64,000 nucleotides of DNA from an uncultured delta proteobacterium (GCA_963828255.1 CAWHDZ010000003.1:1-64000); one strand, 5' to 3'. Counted from the stretch's first letter, positions 19,982 to 29,584 are shown. The notes: generated from the letters alone by a model not told the origin. Numbers and translations: made by a program.

Positions 19982-20650
19982 TCACCCGCTTGGGGCTCCC
20001 TGGAGTTCCGCGAACGCGCCTGCAACCCAGCTGGGGAATCCGAAGAACGGGCGTACCACCATGTCGGGCCGGTGGCGGCGCACGCGACGGCCAATCTTGA
20101 GAGTGAACAGGCGAAGGTAGGCGATCCTTCGCTCCACGGGACTTCTCCCGAGTGCCAGGTAGGCCGGAGAATCGGAGACGAGCGGGTCGTCGGATCCGAA
20201 AGCGTAGTGGCCGTGGCTTGACCACACCCAATCCCTTGGACGCTTCACCATGCCCGCGCGGACGGGATTCAGGTCGCCGTACAGCATCACCTCGAGCTCG
20301 TGGCGCCCGCCATCCTGAACCCTGGGGGACCCCAGGCGCTCCATCACGACCTGGCCGCGGCCCCCGGTCCGCCGATTGGACCATCGCGCGAAGCACTGGT
20401 TCACGACCTTCCAGAAAGAACTGAACGCCGGCTGCCCCTGCATCGACCTGCAGACCACGTGGGGATGGGTGCTCATCAAGCAATAGCTGCGGATGTGGAT
20501 CCCGTACCGGTCCTTGTACTTCCCTAGAAGGTCGAGGAATTTCCGCCGCGCCTCGTCGGAGTCGAGGACGGGCGACCGGTTGTGGCTCCGCCAGAAGCAG
20601 TGATGTGTGGTTCCGGAGCCTACGAGTCTGGAACGCGGGAAGCGCGGCAC
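19982..20650 (-). mobile_element. REP-associated tyrosine transposase (RAYT, Y1/HUH family)
   Basis: VPRFPR...THHCFWRSHNR, YCLMSTHPH (HUH), LYGDLNPVRAGMV..PRDWVWSS. Single ORF, no tnpB. GTG start inferred. Confidence 0.88.
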
Positions 20651-20755
20651 AGTGAGGTCATAAGCAAACGGCGGGCCGGAAGATCGGCGAGACCGAGTCC
20701 TCGTCCCGAGTCGACGCCCCGAGTCGACGTCCGGCACCAAGGCACCAAGCGGGCC

Positions 20756-21424
20756 CTAATGCGCTGTCGGCGCGGTCCGATCCTCGCGCGGAAGGGTTCC
20801 GAAGACGATATCCCACAGAGGCGTGGAAACTCCGTAGCGCGCCTCCGGCGTCTTGAAGTGGTGCAGATAGTGATGCTTCCGAAGTTTCGCACCCGCCGCC
20901 GTGCGAGGCTTCAGGTGGTGGACGGCATAGTGGGTCATGTCGTACCAGAGGTACCCGACCACCAGTCCCGCGAAGAACAGGTCGAAGAATCGAGGTCCTA
21001 CCGCGAGGTAGATGGGGTACCCGAGCACGACCGCGAGCAGGATCGACATCACCGGAGGCATCACGAGCCGGTCCGGATCGTGCGGCCAGTCGTGGTGGAC
21101 GCCGTGGATGAGATAGTGAACGTCCCGGGAAAGCTCCGAATTCGGGTTCGGCGTGTAGTGGAACACCCACCGGTGAAGGACGTACTCGAGCAACGTCCAG
21201 AACGCGAGGCCACCAAGGAGGGCGCCCGCAACGGCGCCCCGTGAGACGCCCGGGACCTGCAACCCTCGGTAGACGAGGTAGGCGATCACCGGCACCCAGA
21301 CAACGAGAACCTGCCAGGGCTTCACCCGGGAGAGGTGCTTCTCGATCCAGTCGACGCGGAACATGCGCGGGCTGCCGCTTTGCGTGGCGGGGTGGCCTGG
21401 GGGCCGAGGTACGAGCCAGAACAT
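20756..21424 (-). CDS. Fatty acid hydroxylase / sterol desaturase family (FA2H/Scs7-like)
   Basis: His boxes EYVLHRWVFH, IHGVHH, YDMTHYAVHH, HHYLHH, plus RLVMPP and YGVSTPLWDIVFGT. Confidence 0.9.
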   Translation of the reverse strand: MFWLVPRPPGHPATQSGSPRMFRVDWIEKHLSRVKPWQVLVVWVPVIAYLVYRGLQVPGVSRGAVAGALLGGLAFWTLLEYVLHRWVFHYTPNPNSELSRDVHYLIHGVHHDWPHDPDRLVMPPVMSILLAVVLGYPIYLAVGPRFFDLFFAGLVVGYLWYDMTHYAVHHLKPRTAAGAKLRKHHYLHHFKTPEARYGVSTPLWDIVFGTLPREDRTAPTAH

Positions 21425-21602
21425 GGGTGCTTCTCCTCGAGGTGCTGGGCCAGCTGGGGTACGCGCGCTGACCAGTGCCCACCTTTGGTGCCGGACATTG
21501 TTAGGACAGACATTCTAAGACGACGCGCCCTCCTCTCGCGGAGAATCGGCGTCCTGTCAAGGCCTTGAAGGAGGAGCGGGAGCGTGGCAAGAGGCTCGCC
21601 CG

Positions 21603-23738
21603 GTGCTCGACCTGTCCCACCTCAACCCCCCGCAGAGGCAGGCGGTCACCTTCCAGGAGGGCCCCGCGCTCGTCCTGGCCGGGGCCGGCTCGGGCAAGAC
21701 CAGGGTCATCGCCCACCGGATCGCCTGGCTCGTCGAGCAGGGAGCCGATCCGTCGAGCATCCTCGCGGTGACGTTCACCAACAAGGCGGCCGTGGAGATG
21801 CGCGACCGGGTTCGGGCGCTGTCGAAGAAGGCCGCGGAGAAGAGCCTCATCGCCACATTCCACGGATTCGGGCTTTGGCTCCTCCGGAAGGAACACGTTG
21901 CCGCTGGTCTGCCCAAGTGGTTCTCGATCTGCGACGCCGGGGATCAGGCCAGCCTGGTGAGGAGGTGCCTCCGGGAGATCCAGGTGGACTCCCGGCGTTT
22001 CGACGTCCGGCAGTTGCTCGGGGTCGTCTCCCGGCGGAAGAGCACCGTCGCCGGGGCCGATTCGGATTCGGGTCGGATACGGGTGCCGGACGACGACTAC
22101 GAAGCCGTCGCCGACCAACTCATGCCGCGCTACGAGCAGGCTCTTCGCGCCCAGCGCTCGCTCGACTTCGACGATCTCATGGTCCGGCCCGTAGCCCTGC
22201 TCGCCGCCGATCAGGCGATTCGCCAGGGGTACCGCGAGAAGTTCCTCCACGTCCTCGTCGATGAGTTTCAGGACACGAACCGTGCACAGTTGCGGCTCCT
22301 TGAGCTGCTGTGCGTGGAGGATTCCCGACACGGGGTGACTTCGCCCAGCGCCTCGCCGTCGCGGCCCGGTACCGCGCCCGGTGCCGGACGTCGAGGTGGA
22401 CGTCGTGGACGTCGAAGTCCGCCGCCGACGTGGACCGACCGAAGTCTCTGCGCGGTCGGGGACGACGACCAGGCGATCTACGGCTGGCGCGGCGCTGACA
22501 TGCGGAACATCCTCCGATTCGAGAAGCACTTTGCGGGCGCGATGATCGTGCGCCTCGAGCAAAACTATCGTTCCTCGGGCCGCATCCTGGACTGCGCGAA
22601 CGGAGTCATCGCACGCTCGACCGCCAGGCGGCCGAAGCGTCTCTGGACGGATGCCGGGCCCGGCGAGATGGTCCGGGTCGTCGCCCTCCCCGACGAGCAG
22701 GAGGAGGCACGATTCATCGCAGGCGAGGTCCGCCGCGGGCTTGGGAGCGGGCGCAGCGGGTCGGACTTCGCAGTCCTCTACCGCCTGAACGCGCAGAGCC
22801 AGCCCCTCGAGGAGGCGTTCCGGGAGGTCGGGATCCCGCACAAGGTGAAGGGAGGTCCGTCCTTCTTCGAGAGGGCCGAGGTCCGGGATGTCCTTGCGTG
22901 GCTGAAGGTCTGCGCATTTCCGGACGACGACCTCTCCCTGACGAGGGTTGTCAACGCCCCGTCCAGGGGGATCGGCGACGTGGCCATGGAGCGGCTCGGA
23001 GACTGGGCTGCGTCGAACCGGCTTCCCTTGGGTGCGGCGCTTCGCCATGCCGACCAGGTGCCGGACATTCCCAGGGGCGCACCCGCCAGGATGGCGCAGC
23101 TCGCCGATTCGCTAGAACTTTATCGGAGTCGATTCGGCACCGGGAAGTTCGCCGAACCCGCGCGTGCGATGTTCGAGGACCTGGATCTTCGGACCTGGCT
23201 TCGCCGAAGCGTCCTGTCGCCGGAGGCGGGGACCAGGAAGGCCGAGGCAGTGGACTCGATCCTGAGGTCGCTCGAGTGGCGCGAGCGTCACGACCCACGG
23301 GCGACCCTGGCCACCTATCTCCAGCGCCTGGCGCTCGATTCTCGCGGCGAGGAGCCCGAGGAGGCCGACGGCGTCACACTGATGACCTTGCACTCGGCGA
23401 AGGGCCTGGAGTTTCCGGTCGTGTTCCTCATCGGAGTGGAGGAGGACCTGCTTCCGGTCTCCGGCATCCAGGGAGAAGCCAGCGACCTGGAGGAGGAGAG
23501 AAGGCTGGCCTACGTCGGAATCACTCGGGCTCGGGAGTCGCTCTGGATCACGAGAGCGGCGGCGAGGACGCGCCGCGGACGTCTCGAGCCCAGGACTCCC
23601 AGCCGTTTTCTCGAAGACCTTCCGGCCAACGCCCACGTCCGGCACGACCCGATGTCGACCGAATCGACGGAAGCGTCCTCGGCCCGGTCGGTCGAGGTGC
23701 TCCAGGCGCTGCGCGCGCGGCTGGTGGGCCGGACATGA
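21603..23738 (+). CDS. uvrD: UvrD/PcrA/Rep family DNA helicase containing an in-frame low-complexity insertion
   Basis: AGAGSGKT, TFTNKAA, VDEFQDTN, VGDDDQAIYGWRGA, LEQNYRS, TLHSAKGLEF, EERRLAYVGITRA. Confidence 0.92.
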   Translation: MLDLSHLNPPQRQAVTFQEGPALVLAGAGSGKTRVIAHRIAWLVEQGADPSSILAVTFTNKAAVEMRDRVRALSKKAAEKSLIATFHGFGLWLLRKEHVAAGLPKWFSICDAGDQASLVRRCLREIQVDSRRFDVRQLLGVVSRRKSTVAGADSDSGRIRVPDDDYEAVADQLMPRYEQALRAQRSLDFDDLMVRPVALLAADQAIRQGYREKFLHVLVDEFQDTNRAQLRLLELLCVEDSRHGVTSPSASPSRPGTAPGAGRRGGRRGRRSPPPTWTDRSLCAVGDDDQAIYGWRGADMRNILRFEKHFAGAMIVRLEQNYRSSGRILDCANGVIARSTARRPKRLWTDAGPGEMVRVVALPDEQEEARFIAGEVRRGLGSGRSGSDFAVLYRLNAQSQPLEEAFREVGIPHKVKGGPSFFERAEVRDVLAWLKVCAFPDDDLSLTRVVNAPSRGIGDVAMERLGDWAASNRLPLGAALRHADQVPDIPRGAPARMAQLADSLELYRSRFGTGKFAEPARAMFEDLDLRTWLRRSVLSPEAGTRKAEAVDSILRSLEWRERHDPRATLATYLQRLALDSRGEEPEEADGVTLMTLHSAKGLEFPVVFLIGVEEDLLPVSGIQGEASDLEEERRLAYVGITRARESLWITRAAARTRRGRLEPRTPSRFLEDLPANAHVRHDPMSTESTEASSARSVEVLQALRARLVGRT

Positions 23739-23878
23739 GAGCGGGAATGAGAACGGGCCTAGAGTCCAGACTTGGCTTGACGCACGGCGTCGCCGGCAGC
23801 TAAACCGTCCCATCCACGCCGTCGCCACCGTCGCCGATTGACTCCCCGTCAGGTCGGCGAACCGAAGGAGGCAGAAAA

Positions 23879-24589
23879 ATGACGATCCGAACTCGAGTCG
23901 CCGCAGCCACCCTTGCCGCTGCCCTGATCGCCGCCGCCCCCGCCTCGGCTCTCGCGCAGTCGGAGACCGCGGCCCGACCCGGCCTGACCGGTTGGAGCAT
24001 CGTCGGGACGGAGACGGTGTCCGGCCGTGCGGCGGTCGACGTGCAGTCCGGCTGGCCGTCCACCACCTTCGGCTACACGTTCGGGCTGTCGCCGACCGCC
24101 GACGTCAGCCTCAGGCTCGGCCTGCTCTATGGCTACGAAGGAACGACATCCACCCAGTTCGGCCTCTCGTTCTACGCCCCGATGCGCTTCCAGCTTGTCC
24201 AGAGCCGGGACTTCAAGCTGCTCTTCCACGTCGACCCGGGGCTGAAGCTCTACACGACCTCCAGCGCCCAGTTCGGGTTCCAGTTCCCGGTAGGGCTGGT
24301 GATGGGATTCCCCGTGCAGCCAAATCTCGAGATCGGCGTCGGTCTCGACTTCAACATGACCCTGCTCGTCTCCGGAAACTTCGAAGGAAAGGGCGCACCT
24401 GCGTTCATCTTCGGTCCAGCGGCTGGACCCTACGTCGAGTACCACCCCACGCCCGACCTGTCCGTGGGCCTCAACACCCGCTTCGGCGCCGCCATCAACG
24501 CCTACTCGTCCTTCGGGGGAAACGCCGGTGGCACGAGTACGCAGTTCGCCTTCACGACGCAGCTCTTCGTGGGGTACCGCCTGCCTTAG
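23879..24589 (+). CDS. Putative outer-membrane beta-barrel protein
   Basis: Signal peptide (ALA-Q), Gly/aromatic beta-strand pattern, C-terminal VGYRLP, GGAGG RBS. Confidence 0.7.
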   Translation: MTIRTRVAAATLAAALIAAAPASALAQSETAARPGLTGWSIVGTETVSGRAAVDVQSGWPSTTFGYTFGLSPTADVSLRLGLLYGYEGTTSTQFGLSFYAPMRFQLVQSRDFKLLFHVDPGLKLYTTSSAQFGFQFPVGLVMGFPVQPNLEIGVGLDFNMTLLVSGNFEGKGAPAFIFGPAAGPYVEYHPTPDLSVGLNTRFGAAINAYSSFGGNAGGTSTQFAFTTQLFVGYRLP

Positions 24590-24711
24590 CTGGCCCTCCT
24601 CCACGTCCGGCACCGACGCCGGCACCGACGCCCCGACACCGGGCACAAACACCGGCCCGACGCTCGACGCCGGCGCGGACCCGGTCCAGTCCTCCGCCAA
24701 TCCGACCCTTC

Positions 24712-24740
24712 TTGACAAAGGGGGGGGGTTCCGCTAGGAA
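24712..24740 (+). promoter_or_regulatory. Probable sigma70 promoter of rplM-rpsI
   Basis: TTGACA-17 nt-TAGGAA. Confidence 0.5.
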
Positions 24741-24776
24741 CGCCCCTCCCGAATTGCTCGAAACACCAGGTTTTCC

Positions 24777-25223
24777 ATGAACAAGGCTACCCACAGCACC
24801 ACGCAGGCGGAAGCGCTCCGGTCACGGAAGTGGTGGATCGTCGACGCGACGGACCTGACGGTCGGCCGCGCCGCCACCCGCATCGCGACCCTCCTCAAGG
24901 GAAAGCACAAGGTGTCGTACACGCCCTCCCTCGACACCGGGGACTTCGTCGTCGTCGTCAACGCCGAAAAGGTCCGCTTCACCGGCAAGAAGGAGCAGGA
25001 AAAGCTCTACTTCTCGCACACCATGCACCCCGGTGGCGCCAAGTTGACGCCCGCGGACAAGGTCCGCGCCAAGCACCCCGAGGACATCATCACCTTTGCC
25101 GTGAAGCGCATGCTGCCGCGCAGCGCCCTCGGCCGGACGATGATGACCAAGCTCAAGGTCTACGCCGGCTCCGAGCATCCGCACGCCGCGCAGAAGCCCG
25201 AAGCCTTGAAGATCTCCGCCTAG
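24777..25223 (+). CDS. rplM: 50S ribosomal protein L13
   Basis: [40 protein letters not shown]. Confidence 0.98.
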   Translation: MNKATHSTTQAEALRSRKWWIVDATDLTVGRAATRIATLLKGKHKVSYTPSLDTGDFVVVVNAEKVRFTGKKEQEKLYFSHTMHPGGAKLTPADKVRAKHPEDIITFAVKRMLPRSALGRTMMTKLKVYAGSEHPHAAQKPEALKISA

Positions 25224-25233
25224 AGGAACATCG

Positions 25234-25626
25234 ATGGCCACGACGCAGAAGATCACCACCGGTCGCCGCAAGGTTTCAGTCGCTCGCGTCCGGCTCCTCC
25301 CGGGGACCGGCAACATCACCGTCAACGGTCGCGCCCTCGACGCGTACTTCGGCCGCGAGACCTCGAAGATGATCCTGGTCGAGCCGCTCAAACTCGTCGA
25401 CCAGATGGGCAAGGTGGACGTGTTCGTGAACGCGAACGGGGGAGGGCTGTCCGGCCAGGCCGGCGCCATCCGCCACGGCATCTCCCGCGCACTCGTGACC
25501 ATGAACCCCGAGTGGCGCCCGGTTCTCAAGAAGGCCGGGTTCCTGACCCGCGACGCCCGCGCGGTCGAGCGCAAGAAGTACGGCCAGCCCGGCGCCCGCA
25601 AGCGCTTCCAGTTCTCGAAGCGCTAG
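25234..25626 (+). CDS. rpsI: 30S ribosomal protein S9
   Basis: [39 protein letters not shown]. Confidence 0.98.
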   Translation: MATTQKITTGRRKVSVARVRLLPGTGNITVNGRALDAYFGRETSKMILVEPLKLVDQMGKVDVFVNANGGGLSGQAGAIRHGISRALVTMNPEWRPVLKKAGFLTRDARAVERKKYGQPGARKRFQFSKR

Positions 25627-25957
25627 CCGGTCTTCGACCGCAGCAAAGACGCCGCCCGCGCCCCCGTGGCACGGACGGCGTTCTTGTTTCTGCCGCGCGT
25701 GCGCTGCCGGCTCCCCCGTCCCCGTTCCCCTGCCACGTCCGGCACCGGCCGGCACCGGCCACGTGGCACCGGCCACCCCCTGCCACGTCCGGCACCGGCC
25801 GCGTGGCACCGGCCGCGTTGGACACCGACGCAGCCTGCTGTGGGCCGGCATCGCACAACCGCCGCCACCCTGGGGCATCCGGTCCCCACCCGCTATCGCG
25901 GGGGACATTCCGGTTCGTGGAAACGGCGCTTCCCCGGTGGTACGCTCCCGTACCGTC

Positions 25958-27256
25958 ATGGAGCTGAACGAGATCCTGCAGATCGCGCTGCGCTCCGGTG
26001 CCAGCGACATCCACCTCAAGGCCGGCCTTCCGCCGATGTTCCGCATCGACGGGGCGCTCGTCCCGCTCAAGGATGCACGACGCCTGCCGCCCGAGGAGGT
26101 GGCGCGGATGGCGCTCGGCATCATGAACGAGTACCAGCGGGAGAAGTTCAAGCAGACCAACGAGGTCGACCTCGCCTACGGGGTCCCCGGCCTGGGCCGC
26201 TTCCGCGTCAACGTGTTCCAGCAGCGTGGCTCGATCGGCGTGGTCCTCCGCGTCATCCCGTTCCGGATCCAGACCATCGAGCAGCTCATGATGCCGAAGG
26301 TACTGGAGAAGGTCGCTGGGGAGTCGCGCGGCCTCGTCCTCGTCACCGGCACCACCGGCTCGGGCAAGTCCACGACGCTGGCGGCGATGGTCGATTTCAT
26401 CAACGCCACCGAGACCTGCCACATCATGACGATCGAGGACCCCATCGAGTTCCTCATCCGCGACAAGCGGTCGATCGTGAACCAGCGCGAGGTGGGCGTC
26501 GACACGATGAGCTTCGGACAGGCGCTGAAGAGCGCGCTCCGGCAGGACCCCGACGTCATCCTGGTGGGCGAGATGCGCGACCTCGAGACCATCGAGACCG
26601 CGCTCACTGCGGCCGAGACGGGCCACCTGGTGATGTCGACCCTCCACACCCTCGACGCCACCGAGACCATCAACCGCATCATCTCCGCCTTCCCTCCGTA
26701 CCAGCAGAAGCAGGTGCGCCTGCAGCTCGGCGCAGTCCTGCGGGCCGTGATCAGCCAGCGGCTCGTGCCGCGTGCCGACGGCCACGGGCGCGTGCCAGCA
26801 ACCGAGGTGCTGCTCGCCACGGCACGGGTCCGCGAGCTGGTCGAGGACAAGGACCGGACCAGGGAAATCCCCGACGCCATCGCCCAGGGGCACGTCGCCT
26901 ACGGGATGCAGACCTTCGACCAGTCGCTCATGGGGCTCTACCGCTCCGGGCTGGTGAGCTACGAGGAAGCCCTACGCCAGGCCACGAATCCCGACGACTT
27001 CGCCCTTCGCGTCTCGGGAATCTCCGGCACCAGCGATTCCAAGTGGGACAACTTCGAGCAGTCCGCGGAGGCCGGCCAGGGGCGTCCGCCTCCGGCCCGC
27101 GCCACCCCCTCCCGACCGTCTGCACCGGCCGTCCCGGCTCCCCGGCCCCCTGTGGCTCCGGCGGTGCCCATTGGGCGGGTCGCGGCACGCCCGACCGACG
27201 GGGCGGCTACCCCGGCTGCCCCGGCCGACGACGACTTCCAGATCGAGCGGTTCTGA
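25958..27256 (+). CDS. PilT/PilU family retraction ATPase
   Basis: ASDIHL, GTTGSGKSTT, TIEDPIE, LRQDPDVILVGEMRD, TGHLVMSTLH, GMQTFDQSL. Pro-rich tail. Confidence 0.93.
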   Translation: MELNEILQIALRSGASDIHLKAGLPPMFRIDGALVPLKDARRLPPEEVARMALGIMNEYQREKFKQTNEVDLAYGVPGLGRFRVNVFQQRGSIGVVLRVIPFRIQTIEQLMMPKVLEKVAGESRGLVLVTGTTGSGKSTTLAAMVDFINATETCHIMTIEDPIEFLIRDKRSIVNQREVGVDTMSFGQALKSALRQDPDVILVGEMRDLETIETALTAAETGHLVMSTLHTLDATETINRIISAFPPYQQKQVRLQLGAVLRAVISQRLVPRADGHGRVPATEVLLATARVRELVEDKDRTREIPDAIAQGHVAYGMQTFDQSLMGLYRSGLVSYEEALRQATNPDDFALRVSGISGTSDSKWDNFEQSAEAGQGRPPPARATPSRPSAPAVPAPRPPVAPAVPIGRVAARPTDGAATPAAPADDDFQIERF

Positions 27257-27293
27257 GGGGCATGGGCCCCGCCGCGGCTCCCTGGATCACCGC

Positions 27294-27791
27294 TTGACCG
27301 ACTCCCCGCAGTCCCGCGCCCGTTCCAGGGCGCTTCGCCTGCTCGCCGCTCGCCCTCGGACCGAGGCGCAGGTCCTGGAGCGGCTCGCCAGGGCCGGGTT
27401 CGAAGCTGAGGCCGAGGGGGTGGTGGCCTGGCTCAGGGACCTCCGGTACCTCGACGACGACGCCTTCGCCAGGGATCGGGCAGCGTCGCTGGTCGCCCCG
27501 GGACGGCTTGGACCGCGCATGGCGGAGCGTCGGCTCGTCGCGGCCGGAATCCCCAGGGATGCCGCTCGGCGGGCCGTCCGGGAGGCCCTGGGGGACGAGG
27601 AGACGAAGAGATGCCGGCTTCTCGCCGAGCGGCGCGCCGGGGCGGCAGGGGCGGTGCCAGGGGCGGTGCCGGACGACCTTGGCGAGCGCGAGAAGGTCCG
27701 TCTTTCCAGGTTCTTGCTGGGGCGGGGGTTCTCCGGGCGTGCCGTCTCGGCCGCACTTGGAGTGTACGTGGACGACGCCGAAGACCGCTGA
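27294..27791 (+). CDS. recX: Regulatory protein RecX
   Basis: ALRLLAARPRT, YLDDDAFA, GPR....L...GI, RFLLGRGFS. Start uncertain. Confidence 0.8.
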   Translation: MTDSPQSRARSRALRLLAARPRTEAQVLERLARAGFEAEAEGVVAWLRDLRYLDDDAFARDRAASLVAPGRLGPRMAERRLVAAGIPRDAARRAVREALGDEETKRCRLLAERRAGAAGAVPGAVPDDLGEREKVRLSRFLLGRGFSGRAVSAALGVYVDDAEDR

Positions 27792-27807
27792 TATGTTCCC
27801 CGACCCG

Positions 27808-28626
27808 ATGCGTCCCCGGAACCGGATCTGGTCGTTCGTCGCGGCCACCGCCATGGCCCTCTCCGCCTGCGCCAAGAGCGTGCCGGCCGTGAAGTACGAG
27901 TCGCAGGCCGAGCAGGAGTACGTGGCCGGCATCACCGCGCTCGACAACCGGGACTTCCCGGACGCCCAGAAGATCCTGGAGCGGGTGCGGACCAAGTACC
28001 CGTACTCGAAGTTCGGGGCGCTGGCCGAGCTCAGGCTCGCCGACCTCCGCTACGAGCAGGGGAAGTTCATCGAGGCCGCCGACGGCTACCAGGCCTTCGT
28101 GAAGATCCATCCGTCTAGCCCCGAGGTCGACTACGCAGCCTACCGAGGCGCCATGTCGCGGTGGGCCGACGCCCCGACCGAGTTCTTCCTCTTCCCGCCG
28201 GTGCACGAACGGGACGTGGCCCAGATCACAAAGGCCGCGGACGGCATGGCCAGCTTCGTCGAGAAGTTCCCGAACTCGAGGTACGCGCCGGACGCGCGGG
28301 AGAAGCTCGGGAAGGCCCGTGGGATCCTGGCCGAGCGGGACTGGTACGCCTTCGAGTTCTACAAGAGGCGTGAGAAGTGGCAGGGCGCGGCCTTCCGGCT
28401 CGAGAAGCTCATGAAGGACTTCCCGGAAAGCTCGCGCGAGCCGGAGGCGCTCTGGCAGCTGGCCGACATGTACGTGAAGCTCTCCGAGCGCTTCAAGGCC
28501 CAGAAGACCCTCCAGACGCTCATCGTGAAGTACCCGACGAGCGCGCAGCGCGGGAACGCCGAGAAGCTCCTTGCCGACCTCCAGATCCAACCCGAGCACC
28601 CCGAGCTCTGGAAGACGCCCTGGTAG
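27808..28626 (+). CDS. bamD: Outer-membrane assembly lipoprotein BamD
   Basis: LSAC lipobox, KYPYS, IHPSS..VDYA.Y, FPNSRYAPDA, TPR pattern. Confidence 0.85.
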   Translation: MRPRNRIWSFVAATAMALSACAKSVPAVKYESQAEQEYVAGITALDNRDFPDAQKILERVRTKYPYSKFGALAELRLADLRYEQGKFIEAADGYQAFVKIHPSSPEVDYAAYRGAMSRWADAPTEFFLFPPVHERDVAQITKAADGMASFVEKFPNSRYAPDAREKLGKARGILAERDWYAFEFYKRREKWQGAAFRLEKLMKDFPESSREPEALWQLADMYVKLSERFKAQKTLQTLIVKYPTSAQRGNAEKLLADLQIQPEHPELWKTPW

Positions 28627-28630
28627 CGGG

Positions 28631-29388
28631 CTAGGGCGGCGGCGCAGGTTTCGCTTCCGCACCGGCGCGCCTTACCTCGTGCCCTTCCTGGCGGCGGCGG
28701 TCGCCGCGGCCGCTGCCTGGTTCTGGCGCGCCGACCTGCTGGATGCCGGGTCTGCGGCGACCCTGCAGAGCCCGGAATCCCAGGTGCGGCAGGCGCTCGC
28801 CGCCCAGGGGCGCGCGCACCTGGAGGACATCTACGGGTGGAAGGCGGGGGGGACGCTGGAACTCGTCCCGGTTCGCTACGCCGACGTGGTGCCGGACGTG
28901 GAGGAGGGGGGCGTCGCGCCCGGGTGGTGGCGGTCCTCGATGCCGAGGGGAAGGCCGTCTGGCGCGACCAGGCGGCCATGGTCTCGTACATCGGGCGCGA
29001 GCAGTTCCACATGAAGCCGTGCAAGATCGCCCTGTGGTGCGCCGAGGGCGACCAGTTCGCGCGCCTGCGGGCCGTCCTGCGGACCCTTTTCCGGCGGCTG
29101 GACGCGGCGCGCGGGGGAGAACCCGCCGCCGTTGCGGCACTTGCCGCCGACGACTACCGGGACGGTGCCGCCGACCGGGCCGACCTCGAGGACAGGCTGC
29201 GGCAGGAACTCGCAGCGCCGCGACCCTACATCCGCGTGAAGAGCTGGCAAATCCGGGTCGAGAGGGACGGGGCGGAGGTAGGGGAAGACTTCGAAGTCAC
29301 GGAACCGGATGGCGCGGTCCAGAACCGAAGGGCGCGGTACCGACTGGAGCGCCGGGGCGAGCGCTGGCTGTTCACCTCCGGGCTTTGA
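28631..29388 (+). CDS. Hypothetical membrane-anchored protein, frameshifted at the G-run near 28906
   Basis: Frame A (...YLVPFLAAAVAAAAAWFW...VVPDVEEGG) continues in frame B (RRARVVAVLD...WLFTSGL*). Start not identified. Confidence 0.5.
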
Positions 29389-29584
29389 CACGGACCGAGG
29401 GGCCGTGGCGCGGACGGCCCGGTCCCGCCGCCTGCGAATGTCCGGCACCGCCGCAGGCACCGCCGCAGCCTGCGAATGTCCGGCACCGCCGCAGGCACCG
29501 CCGCAGTTCACCTCCGGGCTTTGAGACCGCCGCAGATGGTAGACTCCCGGCGGACGGCGGGGCCGCCCGGTGACGGGGAGGAAC

